Below are positions 1-10,176 of a stretch of 64,000 nucleotides of DNA, one piece after another. Positions within the stretch are counted from its first letter, which is position 1. The number at the start of each line of letters is the position of its first letter. The position numbers and the translations under genes were made by a program. Source of the DNA: a virus (Duplodnaviria; Caudoviricetes); IMG/VR virus record IMGVR_UViG_2600255140_000004, positions 28,658 through 92,657 of that record; one strand, 5' to 3'. Below the pieces are notes generated by a model. That model saw only the letters and a program-made list of their open reading frames with translations, made no database searches and was not told the origin of the DNA.

Positions 1-279
1 GGATTTGTCAGGGTGGCGGCAGATGAAGATAATGCGCCTGTTTATGAAAATGCTGATGAAATCCAGTCATGGGAATGCTTTGAATTTTTCAAACATAATG
101 AATATGTTTATATTAAGAGCCAGGCGAATGATAAATACATAACATGCGTTCTGGATGAAGAGGGAGACAGGCTTTGTGCGAGGGGGGAAGAGGTACAGGA
201 GTGGGAATTGTTTTCTGTGTACATACGGGATAAAAAGAAATGGAAGAATATTTTTACTGATGAAAAAATGGAGTTTTAG
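1..279 (+). CDS. 3' end of a protein with a fascin/beta-trefoil-like domain (partial)
   Basis: Frame is open from base 1; repeated WE-x-F motifs and YIKSQANDKYI resemble fascin-like repeats. Confidence 0.5.
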   Translation, partial: GFVRVAADEDNAPVYENADEIQSWECFEFFKHNEYVYIKSQANDKYITCVLDEEGDRLCARGEEVQEWELFSVYIRDKKKWKNIFTDEKMEF

Positions 280-605
280 GACATTTTTGCCAACCGTCAA
301 TATCTGATGGTTGTTTTTTTGTCCGAATTTGTAATTCATGCTGTACCATTGTCCGGATTTGTTTCTCAATTAAATATGTTTTAATTCCACATCTTTAAAA
401 GTAGGATGTTTCGCCCACGGAATAGCACCAAAAGCTACCGTAGCATCTGGTAAAAGTAGCTATCCTCTCTCGTTGAATTTTTTAAACAGATTTTTATAAT
501 CCATTCTCAGCACATCCTTTCAAATTTTATTGACAGTGTTCCTGCCTACTAATATCACAATAATAAGCACAAAATTTGAATTATAAAAAATCGCTGAATA
601 AATAA

Positions 606-720
606 CAGAGCCAGTAAGCAGTGAGGGATTCTCACTTGCTACTGGCTCTGCGTTCTTTTAATGGGGTATTAGGGGCAAAAGTCCCTAACAAGCGAATTTG
701 GATAACCAAATTCAGTGTTT
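606..720. other. Cluster of inverted repeats, possible orphan oriT-like region
   Basis: Near-perfect 20-bp inverted repeat at 606-650, then TTAGGG..CCCTAA and GAATTTGG-ATAA-CCAAATTC hairpins. Confidence 0.35.
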
Positions 721-737
721 GGTAAGACAAAACTTAT

Positions 738-914
738 TCAACTATTGTTAGCTATTTTTTCAGAAATATCATGTGCGATTACATTATAAACCCACCTTTT
801 ACCTTTGTTTCTCGTCGCAATATTTGATATTATAATCATAATAATTAAAAATCCAATATAATATATGTTGAATAAAACTATTTCAGAAATAATACACAAT
901 GTAATGTAAATTAA
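738..914 (-). pseudogene. C-terminal fragment of the membrane protein interrupted by the IME
   Basis: Reads LIYITLCIISEIVLFNIYYIGFLIIMIIISNIATRNKGKRWVYNVIAHDISEKIANNS-stop with no start codon; continues the ORF cut at ~6017. Confidence 0.8.
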
Positions 915-989
915 ATTTTATATCTATTTTTAGATTATCCACATAAATACTATGTTTTCAAGTATTTTGAAGTATAGAAAATCATTCAT

Positions 990-1010
990 TTTACCACGAA
1001 TTTACCACGA
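990..1010 (+). repeat. Left integrase arm-type direct repeats
   Basis: TTTACCACGA-A-TTTACCACGA. Confidence 0.8.
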
Positions 1011-1137
1011 TTGATTGAGCCTTGATATGACAATAAAATAGCGCTAAAAAGACACCCTTAACTTAAGCGGTGTCTTTTTATGTACGGATATGAAATTGTC
1101 AAACTGAGATTTGTACTTCTGAACAGCTTGGATTTAT

Positions 1138-1281
1138 CTATTTCACGATAAATCTATAAATTGCATAGGCAACCCATATAATCCAAGAAAAAAACCACAA
1201 ATCAAAGAGAATACTTATTGTTAAATAAACGATAGCAACAGCGATTGCTATTATCCAATTTTTCTTTTTAGTATATTCCAT
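1138..1281 (-). CDS. Small 47-aa membrane protein (IME cargo, not in ORF track)
   Basis: GGAGGTG RBS; MEYTKKKNWIIAIAVAIVYLTISILFDLWFFSWIIWVAYAIYRFIVK. Confidence 0.7.
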   Translation of the reverse strand: MEYTKKKNWIIAIAVAIVYLTISILFDLWFFSWIIWVAYAIYRFIVK

Positions 1282-1335
1282 AATCAACCACCTCCACAAC
1301 TGCAAATCTATCCCAGTTATATAAACTGGGATTTG

Positions 1336-2016
1336 TCAATGAATCACCTCATAGCGTAATCTAAGATACGAGTTCTCCAAAACTACACATTCTTGCAACT
1401 TCACAACACCCAATTTTGATAATTCGCATTCTTCTGTCAAAGACTTTCCATCAATTAGAGTAGAAGTATCCTTGCCGCCAATCAAAACAGGTGCAATAAT
1501 AATATCTACATAATCAAACAGCTTTTCACGAAGAAATAAGTTATTCAATGTTCCTCCAGTCTGGATTGTTATTCTCTCACAACCATATTCCGATTTAAGT
1601 TTTATAAGTGCATCTTTTAAGGATAATTCATTTTGGTATATGATATGAAGATTTTCATCCTCTACGTTAAAGGCAGGATGTCTTGTATTCGTCGTAATCA
1701 GCACAAACTCTTTTGATAAAGCACAAAAATAGCGAATACCATTTTCATTCAAATGTTTATTATCAATTACAACAAAGGAAACCGGTGTTTTCCTTGGTAT
1801 TTTCTTTTTATTTACTCCCATTTTTTCTTGCACTCTACCCGAGTTGAAAGACCACAAATCTGTTGTCTGCTCTATTTCGTAATATTGGTGTAATCCCTCA
1901 TTAACGCCTTTAATTTTAGGAAAATCCTTATCTACATCCAAATCATCTGTTGCACCAGTACTTATTTTCCCATCAACAGACATTAGCATAAACAATGTTG
2001 TAATAGGTCTATCCAT
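1336..2016 (-). CDS. RibD C-terminal / dihydrofolate reductase-like protein
   Basis: MLMSVDGKI, GGTLN, IIAPVLIGG motifs; GGAGG RBS before MDRP. Confidence 0.8.
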   Translation of the reverse strand: MDRPITTLFMLMSVDGKISTGATDDLDVDKDFPKIKGVNEGLHQYYEIEQTTDLWSFNSGRVQEKMGVNKKKIPRKTPVSFVVIDNKHLNENGIRYFCALSKEFVLITTNTRHPAFNVEDENLHIIYQNELSLKDALIKLKSEYGCERITIQTGGTLNNLFLREKLFDYVDIIIAPVLIGGKDTSTLIDGKSLTEECELSKLGVVKLQECVVLENSYLRLRYEVIH

Positions 2017-2181
2017 TTTATCTTTCCTCCACAAATTCCAATTCGCTTTCTTCATATCCATATTATAACAGTTCCATATATCCGCCACAACAAAAATCAG
2101 CATACCCTTTGATATTTTTCTGCCTTGAAAATGCACACTTCTTTCTTCCTCTTGATTACCCAACACAGAAAAGAAAAAAGG

Positions 2182-2817
2182 CTACTCGTCCTCATTATCA
2201 AAATGATTATTCCTTAATACTTCCCGTAACAGTTCCATATCTTCTTTTGAATTGGGGTTTATCATTTTTACAACCTGATAAGGCGTACCGTACTTGTGTC
2301 CGTCTGTGCTTTCCCCAAACATATCCATGCTGTATAAATCATCATAGCGGTTTAATATTTTCTGAAATTTCAAGTGCTGGATAAATTCCTTGATAGGGTA
2401 AAGGTCGGACGCTTGTATCTCCGTTCCGTTGATATAGTCTGTGATGTATTTCCGCAACTGTTCCAGCTCATACTCCAGCCATTCTTCTTCGCTGTCAAAG
2501 AAGTTATCATAGTGTCCATGTTTCAACTCTGCATTTAGGCGTTCTTCCGTCCTTAAAAACTGGCAGACTTCCTTTTCGGCTTGATTAACATACTTCCATT
2601 TTCCCGACAATAATTCATTGGGCGTTACTCCCAGCACGTCCATTATCTTTTCCAGCGTATCAAAGGTAGGATAGTTTACCCCTCTTTCAATCTTGGAAAG
2701 GCTCTGCATATTGATACCGATTTTGTCCGCAAGCTCCTGCTGTTTCATTTTCCTGTGTTTTCTTATGGTCTGTATGTTCTCTCCTAAGAAAATCATTTTC
2801 TTTATATAACCCTCCAT
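2182..2817 (-). CDS. XRE-family HTH transcriptional regulator
   Basis: QQELADKIGINMQSLSKIERGVNYP HTH. Confidence 0.85.
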   Translation of the reverse strand: MEGYIKKMIFLGENIQTIRKHRKMKQQELADKIGINMQSLSKIERGVNYPTFDTLEKIMDVLGVTPNELLSGKWKYVNQAEKEVCQFLRTEERLNAELKHGHYDNFFDSEEEWLEYELEQLRKYITDYINGTEIQASDLYPIKEFIQHLKFQKILNRYDDLYSMDMFGESTDGHKYGTPYQVVKMINPNSKEDMELLREVLRNNHFDNEDE

Positions 2818-3145
2818 AACTTAGTATAACCGCTCCTTTCGTTGCTTTTCTTTCTGTTTATAAGCCTATCATACTTATTTTATTTTGAAAAGTCAATAAA
2901 AACTTCTTGACAAGTAATCCTGCTGGCGTTATTATCGTATCAGATGAAGTGATTAAGCACGCTAGGGTCAATCACACACTTGAGTAAGCATATAGATGAG
3001 TTGTTTTCGCTTTGACAGCATGAACAGGCATGGACTATCAGACCGAAAATCATGGTTTCCAAAAGGGGCTGGCTGGACGGGACACGTCCCCCAGACGTGT
3101 TTCGGACAGACAGTTCCTTTTGGAAAGGGAACGCCTTTAGGCGTT

Positions 3146-3177
3146 CGCAGAGGGCGTATATGTAACACCGCCCTGCG
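3146..3177 (+). other. Candidate oriT/nic hairpin of the MOBT relaxase
   Basis: AGGGCG-TATATGTAACAC-CGCCCT stem-loop just upstream of the relaxase; loop resembles the CTAA nic motif of Tn916/ICEBs1-type oriT. Confidence 0.5.
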
Positions 3178-3275
3178 TATACATGTCATGGTACCTAGAA
3201 ACTGTGATAAATAAAGGAAAAAATGCAATTTATACCCCGCAAAAAAATCGGGAAGTACGAAAGGAGAAATGCACT

Positions 3276-4367
3276 ATAACTACACACGAAAATTTATCCG
3301 TTAAGATTGATTACATCAGCATTGTATTTGAAACTACAACAGCAGAAGATGTTATCATGCACATTTTAGGTTTACCGACTGATATTTTCAATGTCTATCC
3401 AGCAACCGTAAAATTCAAGACCTATCAGACACGCTGGGAGATTGGGGATATTTATGTATCGGGGGACGCAAAAAAGACAGAGGACAACCCACAGGGACTT
3501 GGCTGTTATCTCGTCATGACAGGAAAAGGCTGTGATGATATTTTCCGTATCCTTGAAGATAAGGGCTTGACCTTTGGAGATATGTTCGGACGCTGTGAGC
3601 GAAGATATGGACTGGATAACTTCCATTTCACAAGACTTGATATTGCCATTGACGATAAGAACGAAAATCCATTCTTTACCATTGAGCAGATAAAGAAGAA
3701 ATGCGAAAAAGAGGAATTTATCTCAAACAGTGAGGGCTATAAGTTTGACGAAAGCAAGTTTGATGATTTCGACACCGCAAAGACTGTCTATATCGGAGCT
3801 GGAAAATCGGGATTGTCCTACCGCTTTTATGACAAGGATAAGGAAGTCTGTTCCAAGTATAATAAGTCGCTTGATGAAGTGGGGAGCTGGAAACGGACAG
3901 AAATGCAACTGCGTGACGAAAAGGCTCATGCCTTTGCCATGACATTCAAGGACAGACCGCTGGAACTTGGGGAACTGGCTTTCGGACTGCTGGCAAACAA
4001 CCTGCGCTTTGTCGTGCCAAACAGAAATGAAAGCAATAAGAGCAGATGGAAAACGTGTCGGTTTTGGGAACGCTTTTTAGGGGCTGTGGAAGTCTTGAAA
4101 CTGCAAGTACCAAAACAGCATAATTCCCTTGAAGAAACACAGCAATGGCTCACAGAGGGTGGCGTGATTTCAGCGGTCAAAAGTTTTTACTTCTTGGAAG
4201 AACATGACGCATTAGGTGGACTGGAAAAAGTGGGAACTATGCTGGATAAGGCAAGATACAGCAACTCCCTTTCCAGTAAACTAACTGCTCATTTACAGAG
4301 GATTGACCGCACCGACCTTATCCCCTATATCCAGTATGACACGAAACATGGGAAAGGGGGTATCTGA
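3276..4367 (+). CDS. Rep_trans family (MOBT) relaxase / replication initiator
   Basis: [28 protein letters not shown] motifs; SD at 3261-3266 points to an ATA start at 3276 (frame open from 3183). Confidence 0.88.
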   Translation: MTTHENLSVKIDYISIVFETTTAEDVIMHILGLPTDIFNVYPATVKFKTYQTRWEIGDIYVSGDAKKTEDNPQGLGCYLVMTGKGCDDIFRILEDKGLTFGDMFGRCERRYGLDNFHFTRLDIAIDDKNENPFFTIEQIKKKCEKEEFISNSEGYKFDESKFDDFDTAKTVYIGAGKSGLSYRFYDKDKEVCSKYNKSLDEVGSWKRTEMQLRDEKAHAFAMTFKDRPLELGELAFGLLANNLRFVVPNRNESNKSRWKTCRFWERFLGAVEVLKLQVPKQHNSLEETQQWLTEGGVISAVKSFYFLEEHDALGGLEKVGTMLDKARYSNSLSSKLTAHLQRIDRTDLIPYIQYDTKHGKGGI

Positions 4368-4570
4368 TGAACAGCAACGATATTCCTGTATGGGAAAAAT
4401 ACACCCTTACCATTGAAGAAGCGTCAAAGTATTTCCGTATCGGAGAAAACAAGTTAAGACGCTTGGCAGAGGAAAACAAGGACGCTGGCTGGCTCATTAT
4501 GAACGGCAACCGCATACAGATTAAACGCCGACAGTTTGAACAAGTTATTGACAAACTGGAGGCAATCTAA
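4367..4570 (+). CDS. xis: Tn916-type excisionase
   Basis: [26 protein letters not shown]. Confidence 0.92.
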   Translation: MNSNDIPVWEKYTLTIEEASKYFRIGENKLRRLAEENKDAGWLIMNGNRIQIKRRQFEQVIDKLEAI

Positions 4571-4648
4571 TGCAAATGAGCCTTGTATGTGTTATGATGA
4601 GCACAAGTCATATCAAGGCTCTTTCCAACAGGGAAAGGAGCAGACACC

Positions 4649-5842
4649 ATGAAAGAAAAAAGACGGGATAGCAAAGGACGTATCCTGCATACTGGAGAGA
4701 GCCAACGAACAGACGGGAAATACTTATATAAATATGTGGACGCATTTGGAAACACAAAATATGTGTATGCCTGGAGATTGACACCCACAGACCCGACACC
4801 AAAGGGAAAACGGGAAAAACCCTCGCTCCGAGAACTGGAACAGCAGATAAGACGGGATATGGAGGACGGTATCGACAGCACAGGCAAGAAAATGACGCTT
4901 TGCCAGCTCTACGCCAAACAGAACGCACAGAGGGCAAACGTGAAGAAAAGCACACAGAAACAACGGGAACAGCTCATGCGGTTATTGAAAGAGGACAAGC
5001 TGGGTGCTAGGAGCATTGATACGATAAAACCCTCTGACGCTAAGGAATGGGCGTTACGCATGAAAGAAAAGGGCTTTTCCTACAATACCATTAACAACCA
5101 TAAACGCTCGTTAAAAGCGTCATTCTATATCGCCATACAGGACGATTGTGTGAGGAAGAACCCTTTTGATTTCAAGCTGAGTGAAGTCCTAGAAAATGAT
5201 ACGAAAGAGAAAGTCGCATTGACAGAGGAACAGGAACAAGCCTTACTGTCATTCATCAAAACGGACAACGTGTATCACAAGTATTATGATGATGTGCTGA
5301 TACTGTTAAAGACTGGACTTCGTATCTCGGAATTGTGCGGACTGACAGTAGCCGATATTGATTTCAAGAATGAGGTTGTGGTTATCGACCACCAGTTATT
5401 AAAAAGCAAGGAACAGGGCTATTATATTGAAACGCCTAAGACAAAGAACGGAATAAGGCAAGTTCCATTAAGCAGAGAAACGATACAGGCATTTCAACGG
5501 GTCATAAGGAAACGCACAAAAGGGAAACTGATAGAGATAGACGGATACAAAGATTTTCTGTTCATCAATCCGAAAGGCAATCCCAAAGTGGCGATTGATT
5601 ACAACGCCTTATTTGTCCGTATGGTAAAGAAATACAACAAACACCACGAGGACAATCCCCTGCCACATATCACACCGCATACGCTACGCCATACGTTCTG
5701 CACGAGATTGGCAGGCAGGAACATGAACCCGAAAGATTTACAGTATATCATGGGGCATTCAAACATCAGTATCACAATGAACTGGTACGCTCATGCGTCC
5801 ATAGATACCGCAAAATCAGAGGTTCAGCGTCTAATCGCATAG
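4649..5842 (+). CDS. int: Tn916-family tyrosine integrase
   Basis: N-terminal arm-binding domain, TGLRISE, HTLRHTF, MGHSNISITMNWY. Confidence 0.95.
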   Translation: MKEKRRDSKGRILHTGESQRTDGKYLYKYVDAFGNTKYVYAWRLTPTDPTPKGKREKPSLRELEQQIRRDMEDGIDSTGKKMTLCQLYAKQNAQRANVKKSTQKQREQLMRLLKEDKLGARSIDTIKPSDAKEWALRMKEKGFSYNTINNHKRSLKASFYIAIQDDCVRKNPFDFKLSEVLENDTKEKVALTEEQEQALLSFIKTDNVYHKYYDDVLILLKTGLRISELCGLTVADIDFKNEVVVIDHQLLKSKEQGYYIETPKTKNGIRQVPLSRETIQAFQRVIRKRTKGKLIEIDGYKDFLFINPKGNPKVAIDYNALFVRMVKKYNKHHEDNPLPHITPHTLRHTFCTRLAGRNMNPKDLQYIMGHSNISITMNWYAHASIDTAKSEVQRLIA

Positions 5843-5847
5843 AAGTA

Positions 5848-5869
5848 TTTACCACGATTTTAACCACGT
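5848..5869 (+). repeat. Right integrase arm-type direct repeats
   Basis: TTTACCACGA..TTAACCACGT, same motif as 990-1010. Confidence 0.8.
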
Positions 5870-6016
5870 TTGATAGAGAAAATATAAGAAGATAGACCTA
5901 GATATATGAGGTTTACCGCAAATGCAAAATGCCCGTAGAGCCCATAAAATAAGGCTTTGCGGACATTTGAGAAGATATAAAAAGATAGTCAAAAAGACAT
6001 ATATAATTTGTAATTG

Positions 6017-6510
6017 AAAAATATATTAATAGTTGATATAAAAATATCTCTACATAATCTAAAATCCTTGGCAGAAGTTGTGACCATTTCTATATCTCTG
6101 TACTGGTGATATATATGATACCATTGCTGATTTTGGTATATCTTTCTCCCCTTTTTATCTTCGGGCATCTGTGCAAAAACATCTTTATAATATTTTTCTA
6201 CATCAGTATTGGAAAATCTTATATCACTTTTTTTCTTTTTAATAGAATCAAAAATGGTTTGCCCTGGTTCATCGGTAAATAGAAATACAAGAGTTCTTTT
6301 TAAATCACTTCCGTAAACTGAATCAAGGACAAATACAAAGGCATAAATTGATGAAGAAATAATGGCAACATTCAATAAATCTATAACAAATTGTAAGATG
6401 CTAATATCATCTTTGTTAAGAATACCGCTAATTCCATTAGTTGTAATAAAATACATTAAAATGGCGGCAATAACATAACTTTTTAATTCGTTATCTCTAT
6501 AATTTTTCAT
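6017..6510 (-). pseudogene. N-terminal part of AT-rich multi-TM protein interrupted by the IME
   Basis: ORF 5989-6522 runs into the IME end after STINIF; remainder at 738-914. Confidence 0.8.
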
Positions 6511-6776
6511 AATATATAGCAACCTCCATCACTATTTTTAACATAAGTATATTATATTTTTTCTACAAATTCTATACGTTATAAAAAAATTTTAAAATTC
6601 ATTTTCTACAAAAAATCATATCCAACCATCTTCACAAATCTTCTAAAACGTCACAAGGAACACTTCCTTATGTGAAGCGTCTCTTCGGGCGTCTCTTTTT
6701 TTTGCAGAAAAAATCTTGTTTCAGAGCTGTATGTAAATGTCTGCCGTGCCATGATAAGGAAAAAGGAGGCAGGCAA

Positions 6777-6992
6777 ATGAAAGAATATAAACTGACAAGC
6801 AAACATGCGGATGTATCGGTCCGTGTGTCAGATGTGATGGAACAGGATATGAAAGCGTGCTGGAAAGAAGCGCTGGGTGCTGGGAAGGAGTGCGGGAAGT
6901 GCAGCTGGAGGGATGCGGAAGTGTTTGGCGTGCGCCTGTGCGAAGTTCCTGAAATAGTTGGTTTTGTAATGCCTAAAGACATCCAAAGTTAA
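6777..6992 (+). CDS. Hypothetical Cys-containing protein
   Basis: AAGGAGG RBS, 71 aa. Confidence 0.55.
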   Translation: MKEYKLTSKHADVSVRVSDVMEQDMKACWKEALGAGKECGKCSWRDAEVFGVRLCEVPEIVGFVMPKDIQS

Positions 6993-7038
6993 AGGTGGGT
7001 CGGTGCGTGTGGCAGAAGAATGGAGGTAAGGTGAGAAA

Positions 7039-8448
7039 ATGTACGGAAATATAGGCGGGGTAGCGGACGGAACAAATTTCTGCCCATATTGTGGTGTGGG
7101 AGGGCAATTGAATTTATTTGAACCGGAGTTTATTAAAGACAGGGATTGCACGAAGGATACCCCGGTGATTTACGGGGTGCCGGACAGCCCTGTATATGGA
7201 ACCGGGGAAAGGATCCTGCCGAGGATTCCCGGCAGGGAAGATTCAGAGCACATGAAGGGCATTTTCCTCCCAAAGCTCCTGCCGCTTGAGGAATACGACC
7301 TGTTCGCCATCCTGCTGTCAGGCGGCAAAGACAGCATCGCATGTTATTATAAGCTGCTGGAGCTGGGAGTGCCGAAAGAGAAGATGGAGTTCTGGCACCA
7401 TGATATAGACGGAGGGCATCCGCTGCGTAGGATGGACTGGAAATGCACGCAGAATTACGTCAGGGCTTTTTCGGAAGCGGAGGGAGTTCCTCTCAGGCTG
7501 TCATGGCGCGTGAATGGATTTTTTGGCGAACTGTACCGGGTAGGTGCCAGTGAGCCGGTTGAGTGGATGGAGCCTGGCACGGGGGAGATTAAGCGGTGCC
7601 GGCTGTTCCGGAACTATATCCAGTGCCAGAAACTGAAAGAACAGGCGACGGGGCAGATGGAAGAGGAATTAAAAAAGTACGGGTACCGGATGAAGTTCCC
7701 CGCAAAGTCCGGTGACCTGAGCCGCCGATGGTGTTCAGCATATTTAAAGATAGCAGTGGCAGATTCCGTGATCAGCAACCTTGACCGGCTGGAAGAATTG
7801 GAGAAACTGGGAGGGAAACGCCACAAATTCCCGGCCAAGGGCAGTACGCACCAAGGGAGATGGTGCAGCGGCAGCTTGAAAGCGGCAGTCCAGGACAGCG
7901 TAACTTCAAACCTGGATAGCACAAAGAGAGATGTAAAAGTCTTGGTCGTTTCCGGAGAACGCCGCGGGGAGTCCGCAGGGCGGGCGAGGTATAATGAGAT
8001 GGAGCTCCATCGGACAAATGCGGAGAAGAAAGCGCACCGGACCGTACACCAATGGCGGCCAGTGATTGATTATTCAGAAAGGGATGTATGGGAAGTCCTG
8101 AAAAGGCATAAGGTCAATCCCCATCCCTGTTACCGGGCAGGGTGGAACCGCTGCTCATGCGCGGCATGCATTTTTTCCACGCCGAAGTTGTTTGCCGGGT
8201 TCAAAGAACTGTACCCGGAAGAGTTTGAGCTGCTAAAGCAGGATGAAAAAATCCTTGGGTTTACGCTGGACAATAAATGCGACTTGGAAACTTTTATAGA
8301 TGGAGCGGAGTCCTGCGTATACCGGGGCGATAAGTCGGCGATACACAGCCTTGTCTCCGGCGAGTTTACGGTGGGCGATGTGTATGTGAAAGGCGACTGG
8401 AGGTATCCAGCAGGGGCATTCCATGGGGCGGAAGGAGGGCCATGTTAA
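7039..8448 (+). CDS. PAPS reductase-family (PP-loop) protein
   Basis: LSGGKDS PP-loop, RWCS-x-LK twice, GERRGESAGR, HPCY..RCSCAACIF. Confidence 0.85.
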   Translation: MYGNIGGVADGTNFCPYCGVGGQLNLFEPEFIKDRDCTKDTPVIYGVPDSPVYGTGERILPRIPGREDSEHMKGIFLPKLLPLEEYDLFAILLSGGKDSIACYYKLLELGVPKEKMEFWHHDIDGGHPLRRMDWKCTQNYVRAFSEAEGVPLRLSWRVNGFFGELYRVGASEPVEWMEPGTGEIKRCRLFRNYIQCQKLKEQATGQMEEELKKYGYRMKFPAKSGDLSRRWCSAYLKIAVADSVISNLDRLEELEKLGGKRHKFPAKGSTHQGRWCSGSLKAAVQDSVTSNLDSTKRDVKVLVVSGERRGESAGRARYNEMELHRTNAEKKAHRTVHQWRPVIDYSERDVWEVLKRHKVNPHPCYRAGWNRCSCAACIFSTPKLFAGFKELYPEEFELLKQDEKILGFTLDNKCDLETFIDGAESCVYRGDKSAIHSLVSGEFTVGDVYVKGDWRYPAGAFHGAEGGPC

Positions 8449-9149
8449 GTATGAACGGTGCAGAGGATATGAAAAGATTTAAGGCAAAACAACTGCGGTA
8501 TAAAAAGCCGATAGTTAAAGACCTGAATTTGGAGGCCATCCAACAGCAATTGTGGGATATCCAGGAAGAATGCGAGAATGTCCGTTACTATTTTGACGCA
8601 GATGATGAAACCTTGCTCAATGCGCTGGATGGGGATGAAGACGAAACATATGAATTTAAAATGATGTTCGCCGATCTGTGTGCGGAATGCGAGAGGATGC
8701 AAGCGGATTTAAGAGAGGAGTGGGTTCCGGAGTGTTTTGACAGGTTCTTTGTGGCTGCCGGAGCTGGTGAAGATTTTGGAGGGCTCTTTGGATATGATGC
8801 ATATGAGCAGGATTATTTTGGGCTGTCATGTGAAGGGGCATGGGCCGAAGATGAAAGCAAGAAAGTGCTGAAACGGATGACAAAGGATGAACTGATAGCG
8901 GCATCCAGGCAATGTTTCCGTGTATACCAGTCATTTGTAGCATTAAGCTATCGGTATGGCTGCCTGAAGGCGGGCATGGACATCCTGCGCGATCAGAATT
9001 CCGGGTACCTGCAGATGGTAAAGCGGATAGAAGACGTGTATGAAAAAGCAGAGAAAGAATCATTAGGGTTTAAGTATCTGTGGGGGAAGGGGGTAAATGA
9101 GCTGGACAGGATCCTGGAAAATCTGCCACAGGAGGCTTGGGTTCAATGA
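8442..9149 (+). CDS. Conserved phage-type hypothetical protein
   Basis: 235-aa ORF coupled to the upstream gene. Confidence 0.7.
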   Translation: MLSMNGAEDMKRFKAKQLRYKKPIVKDLNLEAIQQQLWDIQEECENVRYYFDADDETLLNALDGDEDETYEFKMMFADLCAECERMQADLREEWVPECFDRFFVAAGAGEDFGGLFGYDAYEQDYFGLSCEGAWAEDESKKVLKRMTKDELIAASRQCFRVYQSFVALSYRYGCLKAGMDILRDQNSGYLQMVKRIEDVYEKAEKESLGFKYLWGKGVNELDRILENLPQEAWVQ

Positions 9150-9289
9150 AAGCAATTAGAAAGATGACGGAAAATTGGATACTTATAAAAGTAAGTTTAT
9201 TTGGAAAACAAGAGAAAATTATTTACAAAAAGAAAGGAGGCAGCGGTTTTCCCCCGGCTTGTAGAAAGGGAGGAATCGCTGGAACAGGG

Positions 9290-9478
9290 ATGAAAAGAGA
9301 TAAAACAGATTCTGATATAGATGATGGAACCTTGCACGATGCACCGAGATGGTATGAAGACGAGACAGGGGCATTGTTCTGTCAGAACGACCTTCCTATG
9401 CAGGCATTGCATAACGCTGTACATTCCAAGCCTCTTAAGACAGTACGCATCCCGTACCTCGTTCCTTCGGAAAAATGA
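9290..9478 (+). CDS. Hypothetical protein with hairpin-split RBS
   Basis: AAGGAGG (9234-9240), hairpin 9241-9281, ATG 9290. Confidence 0.35.
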   Translation: MKRDKTDSDIDDGTLHDAPRWYEDETGALFCQNDLPMQALHNAVHSKPLKTVRIPYLVPSEK

Positions 9479-9566
9479 CATGCCTCTTCCCGTATCTATG
9501 GGTGAAAGGGATAAATGAGCTGGACAGGAGAGGTTCGGGAAAGCAGAATAGAGGGCCTTAAGCCCC

Positions 9567-9722
9567 CTATTCCCTGCCAGGATTATCCTGCTCCCTGTGC
9601 CTTACAGGCGGGAACGACGTGTCGTCTTGATAGCTCGCGGTCTCACGGTTGCCATCGTAAGCGTCCTTGGATGCAGTATAATCAATCGGTTTTTCGGTTG
9701 TAAATGAAGACTTTTCTTTCAT
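9567..9722 (-). CDS. 51-aa hydrophilic small protein (not in ORF track)
   Basis: AAAGGAG RBS; MKEKSSFTTEKPIDYTASKDAYDGNRETASYQDDTSFPPVRHREQDNPGRE; hairpin after stop. Confidence 0.65.
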   Translation of the reverse strand: MKEKSSFTTEKPIDYTASKDAYDGNRETASYQDDTSFPPVRHREQDNPGRE

Positions 9723-9748
9723 GTGCATGCACTCCTTTCAGATGCCCT

Positions 9749-9937
9749 CTAAGAGAGCTTTTGCTGGAACATATTTTCCACATACTCACGCATCTCGTTA
9801 TGGGATCTGACGTTTCTTGCGCCGTCTACGATGGGCTTTTGCTCGGATTCAGGCAGCTGCGCGAAACGGCTCAGTATATCTGAGTGCTGCGCGAGTTCCA
9901 TCGTGAAACCGATGGGAAGTTTTTTATTATCTATCAC
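9749..9937 (-). CDS. 62-aa small protein of a clostridial family (LPIGFTMELAQ...)
   Basis: GGGGTGA RBS, GTG start, promoter-like motif upstream. Confidence 0.7.
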   Translation of the reverse strand: MIDNKKLPIGFTMELAQHSDILSRFAQLPESEQKPIVDGARNVRSHNEMREYVENMFQQKLS

Positions 9938-9953
9938 ACTATCACCCCGGATG

Positions 9954-9983
9954 TAGGATGTGCAGAAGTGGCAGGGAATATAC
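9954..9983 (-). promoter_or_regulatory. Forespore sigma (SigG-like) promoter
   Basis: GTATA-N18-CATCCTA vs B. subtilis SigG consensus GHATR-N17/18-CATWHTA. Confidence 0.5.
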
Positions 9984-10014
9984 AAAAAATAAGCAGGAAC
10001 AGGAGGATTTGAGG

Positions 10015-10167
10015 ATGTATGGATATATCGCGGGAGTGACCGATGCGGGGGAAATAAATTATTGCCCGTATTGCGGCGAGGAAATAATAATGATGCACGC
10101 GGGCGGAACTGTGACGTGTAGTTCATGTAAAAGAAGATTTGGTGTCGTAGAGATAGATGAAGAATAA
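10015..10167 (+). CDS. Small zinc-ribbon protein
   Basis: CPYCG...CSSC. Confidence 0.6.
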   Translation: MYGYIAGVTDAGEINYCPYCGEEIIMMHAGGTVTCSSCKRRFGVVEIDEE

Positions 10168-10176
10168 CAGGAAGAG

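Larger units (their letters stand above)
915..6011. mobile_element. Tn916-family integrative mobilizable element (IME)
   Basis: xis-int pair, Rep_trans relaxase, TTTACCACGA arm repeats near both ends, ends resemble Tn916 termini, AT-rich target, splits a gene. Confidence 0.88.

Noticed and set aside
1336-2016. Trimethoprim-resistance dfr gene
   Set aside because: RibD-C-like motifs only; resistance cannot be inferred from sequence
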